Origin: Halocafeteria seosinensis
Lineage: Eukaryota
Assembly (NCBI GenBank): GCA_001687465.1
Contig: LVLI01000481.1
Span: forward strand, 1 to 63,039
Direction: 5' to 3'
DNA: 63,039 bases
The notes under the pieces are model-generated. The model made no database searches. It had not been told where the DNA came from and was given only the letters and a program-made list of their open reading frames with translations. A program made the translations under genes and the position numbers. This document shows, one piece after another, positions 58,769 through 63,039 of the stretch. Each line of letters starts with the position of its first letter. Positions within the stretch are counted from its first letter, which is position 1.

Positions 58769-60217
58769 CTAATTAACGAAGTTCAGACCGTCGGGATACC
58801 TTGCGTTCTCGGTAGATGATAGATTGCCGGAAATAGTGTCCTGCACCTTTTTCAGGACGTGACCAACGTCCATGGAGCGATCCTGCCGCAGATAATTATC
58901 GTTCCAGAAACGAGATAGGTGTCTGTTCCCGCTGTCACAGAGAAGAGTGACTATTTTGCGATTTCCATTTTGTGCCTGGACATGTCGGACGAGCTTTATT
59001 ACGGCGACAAGATTCATGGCCGAAGAGCTGCCAATGAAGAGACCTTCTTTGTGGAGTACATAGCGCGACATTGCTACAACTTCTTCATCCGTGACAGCGA
59101 ATGCGTCGTCGATTATCGCTTGCTCAAAATTATTAGTTACACGGTCTAATCCGACACCTTCAATAATGGTGTCGTAGCGATGCCTCCTAAGACGTCGCTC
59201 AGCCTGCTGTGCTGCATAGGCTACACTGTATTTCACCTTGTTATACAAACTACTTCCAGGAGGATCTGCAAGAAAGATGCCGATATCAGGCTTTAGCTCC
59301 TTGAGGAATCGAGACACCCCCGCTATCGTTCCGCCCGTACCAGCTCCCATAACAACTGCGTCTATTTGTCCATTGTTCGTTTGATGCCATATTTCGGGAC
59401 CGGTATTGTAGTAATGTGCTCTAAAATTTGAGTGGTTTTCGAACTGGTCGACAAATATGCTCCCGGGATGCGCCTCAGCAGCCCGTCTAGCAAGATTAAC
59501 GTAATGATCTTGATTGACAATCGCCACCGGCTTGACACGGGATACATGGGCTCCCAGCTTTTCCAGAGTGTCACTTTTTTCTTTAGCTTGGTCATCTGGT
59601 AAATATATGTGGCACGTATAACCCATCGCTGTAGTATGCGTAGAGAAGAATTCGTAAAAGCATCGCGGACCCGTAACTTAAAACCCTTGACGAACCTCGA
59701 CATAAGAGCGCTAAACTAATACCTGTACTTCCACTGGTTCCTTCATATACTGATCCTCCTTCTTGGAGCTCTCCCGATTTCGAAGCGTCAAGCAGCACTT
59801 GTTTTGCAACACGGTCCTTGGAACTTCCACCGGGATTTGCATATTCCACTTTTCCCTGTCAAACCAGTACGCGGTTTCAATTCTCACAGGCAGGAAATCG
59901 GTTCTGTTCTGACACGGCACGAGACGTACATAAATTTCGCACCCTGTGGCCTGTGATAAACAATTGATTCTAACCATAGGGGTATTCCCAATAAGCTCCA
60001 CCCACGACGATAACACGTTCGGGGTTTGGTCTGTTGTCGTTTTCTCCTCTTCTCCGAAGAGCCTTCGTCTTAACCATTGTAACCATCCCTCTGAGGAGGC
60101 AGAATGGTATTTGGCATAACGTGTGGCATTATAGAGGACATTGATCGCCACTAGCGTCGTAATCACTCCAACTGAGTAGTACGCGGCTGCCTGTTTGTAC
60201 TCCAATATCCAGCTCAT
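58769..60217 (-). CDS. Cysteine synthase-like PLP enzyme with N-terminal membrane anchor (MCY1/Cys12-type), multi-exon
   Basis: LIGNTPMV, NPGGSSKDR, EGTSGSTGISLA, DQFEN, GAGTGGTIAG, DPPGS.LYNKV, DTIIEGVG, LCDSGNRH. Confidence 0.92.
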
Positions 60218-60693
60218 CACCACGCGCACTACTACTACCAGCTATGTAGTACATAACAAACAATGCGATTCGACCACAACACCGGCGCATGTGATATTTA
60301 ATGAGCCTACTCAAGGAAAAAGGGGCCAACTTCACAAGGAAGCGCCCCAGCTTCACACGTTGTTACAACAATCTGGCAACAATACCATAATGCAGTCTCC
60401 TAGGTCGGAAGTATGCGCGACAGAGTGACCTGCAAAATTCAGTGTTTCTACCGGCGTTTATTTAGAAGGAACATTGTCTGATGAACTGTGACTGCATTTT
60501 TGTTGATTCAGACGCTCAACCGTGACCATAGTATCAATCACCCTGTTATTGAGATCGGTCTTGGCATTGTTGTGCAATGCTTGCGCCGTGGAGTGCCTCT
60601 AGTTTATTCCTGGGAGAATTCGTATGCCCTTTATCTTTACTAATATGTGAGTTGGGCAATACTGTTTTCAACCCTGTTTGCGGCTCAAGTACT

Positions 60694-62274
60694 TCAAGAA
60701 GTGTAGTCTTGCTGCTTAAGGATAAATATGGTTTCTCTCAAATAGGCGACATCGACGTTGCGGTGACTAGGATCGGATTCGTTGTCGCCGAGTTCACCCA
60801 AGAATGCTTGAGTGGCTTCTAACGGAGTCCGGTTTTCAGAATCCACAGCTACGGGAGATGCTTCATGACGTAAGAGAGTCTTCACACATTTCAAGTGGTC
60901 TGAGCTGCCCCCCAACGCAGCGGTATGCAATGTACTCCTACGTTGTCCCTGGAAATTGGGATTTGCTCCGTGCTCCAGCAAGAGTTCCAGCACATTGTTA
61001 ACGCCTTTCGCTGCCGCGTCATACAAAGCTTTATTGAGTTGCATGGACATATCCACTTCCATAGCCCCATTTGCGCGACTCAGGTAACCAAGCGCGTACC
61101 GCACAAAATCTTCATGAGCTCTAAGCACTGCCATTTGGATAGGAAACTGGTCTGCAATGTTCGTTCCTGCATCCCAGAAAGCAAGACCGTATCGTTCCAA
61201 CTGTTGGGTAGCCTCTATGGATCCTACATCAGCCGCCTCGTGTTGCAATGTCTGACCACTGTTGTCTTTAATGTTGGGAAGCTGCGCAGGGTCCACGCGA
61301 TCCAGTAGAACAGGGAGCACATTGGGGTTAGAATTTGATATGGAGACGTGTAGTGGAGTTCTTCCATTCGCTGTTGCTTCATTCTGAGGATCGCTCCCAC
61401 ACTTATCAATCAAATACGCAACAATATCCTCGGAAGCTTCTCTGCAACTCAGTGTGATCCGTGAGCACCTACAATGCACACAGGGGATAGATCTTTTATG
61501 CCTTACCTCGCCGATATGTAGAGCGGGGTCGCCTTTTCTCTATTCCTCATTCTTGTGTCAGCCCCGTGTTCTACTAAGGTAGCAACAGCATCCTTCGAAG
61601 ACGCTTTACATGCATACTGCGGACCATCGACCGTGTCGCTGATGCAGTGTGAATGAGTGTATACGAGAATTCACAGCATACCAGAAGAGCAGTCCAACCA
61701 TTTGGCTTTCTGTCATTAGGATTCGCACCAAACTTTACTAGCGTGTCAACACATCTCGTATATCCTCCTGCACCCATCCAATGAACGAAGAAACTACCAA
61801 CACTGGCTTTCCCTATGATGTAGCAGTTCTTTCGGGGTTTTTCGCACCTGCAGCTGCCAACATGAGTGGAGTCTTCCATGATTTATCTCGTGCATCGATG
61901 ATTTGCTCCCAAATTTGCTTGTGTTCTGTGGTATCCTCGTAGTGCGCCTTCACGTAGTTCTGGATTTGCCCTAGTAAATACTCCAACACTTGCTGTAGCC
62001 CGCTGTTGGCCGCTTTGTGAATGGGCCCTTGGCCTTCTGTATCAAAGACACTTTCTTGTTGCTCCTGCTTCTTCTTCTTCTTCGATCGCCTTCGTGTTTT
62101 TTTCATATCTTTTTCCGAGCAGAGTAAACCCTCGACCACCACCGAAATACCACCTTGCGCTTCCAACCACTGTCCGAGTCCGTTCACACGTTCATGTTCG
62201 TCGGACGCTGGAGTGGTGGTGGCAGAGCTGCAGAGTTTCCTGAGTTCCACGAAAGGATGCTCCACTGAAGACAT
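60694..62274 (-). CDS. Ankyrin-repeat protein, multi-exon
   Basis: GQGPIHKAA, KTPLMLAA, NGWTALL, NGRTPLH, STLHTAA, NRTPLE repeats. Confidence 0.85.
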
Positions 62275-62893
62275 GGCACTATACCCTAATCCTAATCGGA
62301 TTCACTCTTGTATACTATAGTACGGCACGACGAATTGTGAAGTATGTCTTTACGGGGTATGCAGCAAACTACAATACGCGTTACATGGAACATTGAACCA
62401 TGGTTTAAGGAACCATTACGGCACCCAAAACTCACTCGACCAGATTGGCGAAATACATCACTCATGATCAATACGTATGCCTCACCACTACCCATTGAGG
62501 ACGTGGAATACTAGCTGGTGTGTTACGTGTTTGTGAAGCATATATCGTGGTCACCTATGCTATGATAACAGGTCTAGCGCTCGAGTCTCTATCCATCTGC
62601 TCAGTCAATGGAACTACATGTCTTACTAGCGTAGCCAAGATACTCAAGGAGTACTATATATAAGTCACGGTAATACTGCGCAGGTACCTGTCAAACACAC
62701 GTTCAGCAACAGCAACCAACAGACACATATAGCCAAGAAAGACCGCGTATAGGATCGTCGGTAAGGTTATTTGGTCCTTGACGAGACCTGCAATATACAA
62801 CTGGTTGTGATGGGAATAATCTGCGCACTCCTCTGGAATCTCGGGGAAAGTCAGAGTCAGAATGCTGAGTCATCCTGACATGACATTGGCTGG

Positions 62894-62989
62894 ACACACA
62901 CACAAATGTGACAGATAGCCCACCGGCCGGGAAGTTGACCACATCCTCTTAACGAGGAGCGGTATGCGCCCGTGTTAAGCAGCGACGGG
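62894..62989 (+). mobile_element. Left end of a further member of the TIR family, probably continuing past the window
   Basis: 62906-62989 matches the reverse complement of 38633-38716 (TIR plus subterminal core). Preceded by (CA)n. Confidence 0.8.
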
Positions 62990-63039
62990 CCCGCTGTTCC
63001 TGCAGCCTTGCTGACATGCGCCGTGAGGGAACACAGCAC

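Noticed and set aside
1..63039. CRISPR arrays, prokaryotic operons or defence systems, rRNA/tRNA/snRNA genes, alternative genetic code
   Set aside because: No regularly spaced repeat-spacer array or recognisable structural RNA was seen by eye. Genes are spliced and translate with the standard code.

Overview
Gene-dense nuclear DNA from a unicellular eukaryote, with short (~55-130 nt) GT-AG introns, tiny intergenic spaces and the standard genetic code. The gene content (flagellum-associated FSIP1-like protein, HOOK, bacterial-type AnmK) suggests a heterotrophic flagellate, possibly a stramenopile; this is inference only. From about 10 kb to 62 kb the window is mostly ordinary genes: carboxylesterase, anmK, FSIP1-like, EF-hand, DUF4536, three UBC9 paralogs, mL43, Vti1-like SNARE, WDR13-like, PBP2 solute-binding fold, secreted Cys-rich protein, UAP56, DLD, HOOK, carnitine acyltransferase, PNRC/Edc1-like, C1D, HCN-like channel, cysteine synthase and ankyrin. 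The first ~9.6 kb is a rearranged mosaic. It holds a frameshifted TPR gene, a truncated PME-1 gene, and two intronless ORFs (a P-loop ATPase and a bacterial-like protein) each bracketed by its own diverged direct repeat. The main candidates for novelty are: (1) three intact, diverged SUMO E2 (UBC9) paralogs in 4.5 kb; (2) an HCN-like channel with a CISYG filter, short S4 and a nucleotide-binding cassette lacking the key Arg; (3) a TIR repeat family with (CA)n-associated ends present three times, including a 159-bp MITE-like palindrome; (4) an intronless, bacterial-looking anmK and the repeat-flanked bacterial-like ORF as horizontal-transfer candidates. I recognised no rRNA, tRNA or CRISPR array. 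Family calls come from motifs recognised by eye, not from database searches. Coordinates of spliced genes are overall start-to-stop spans.
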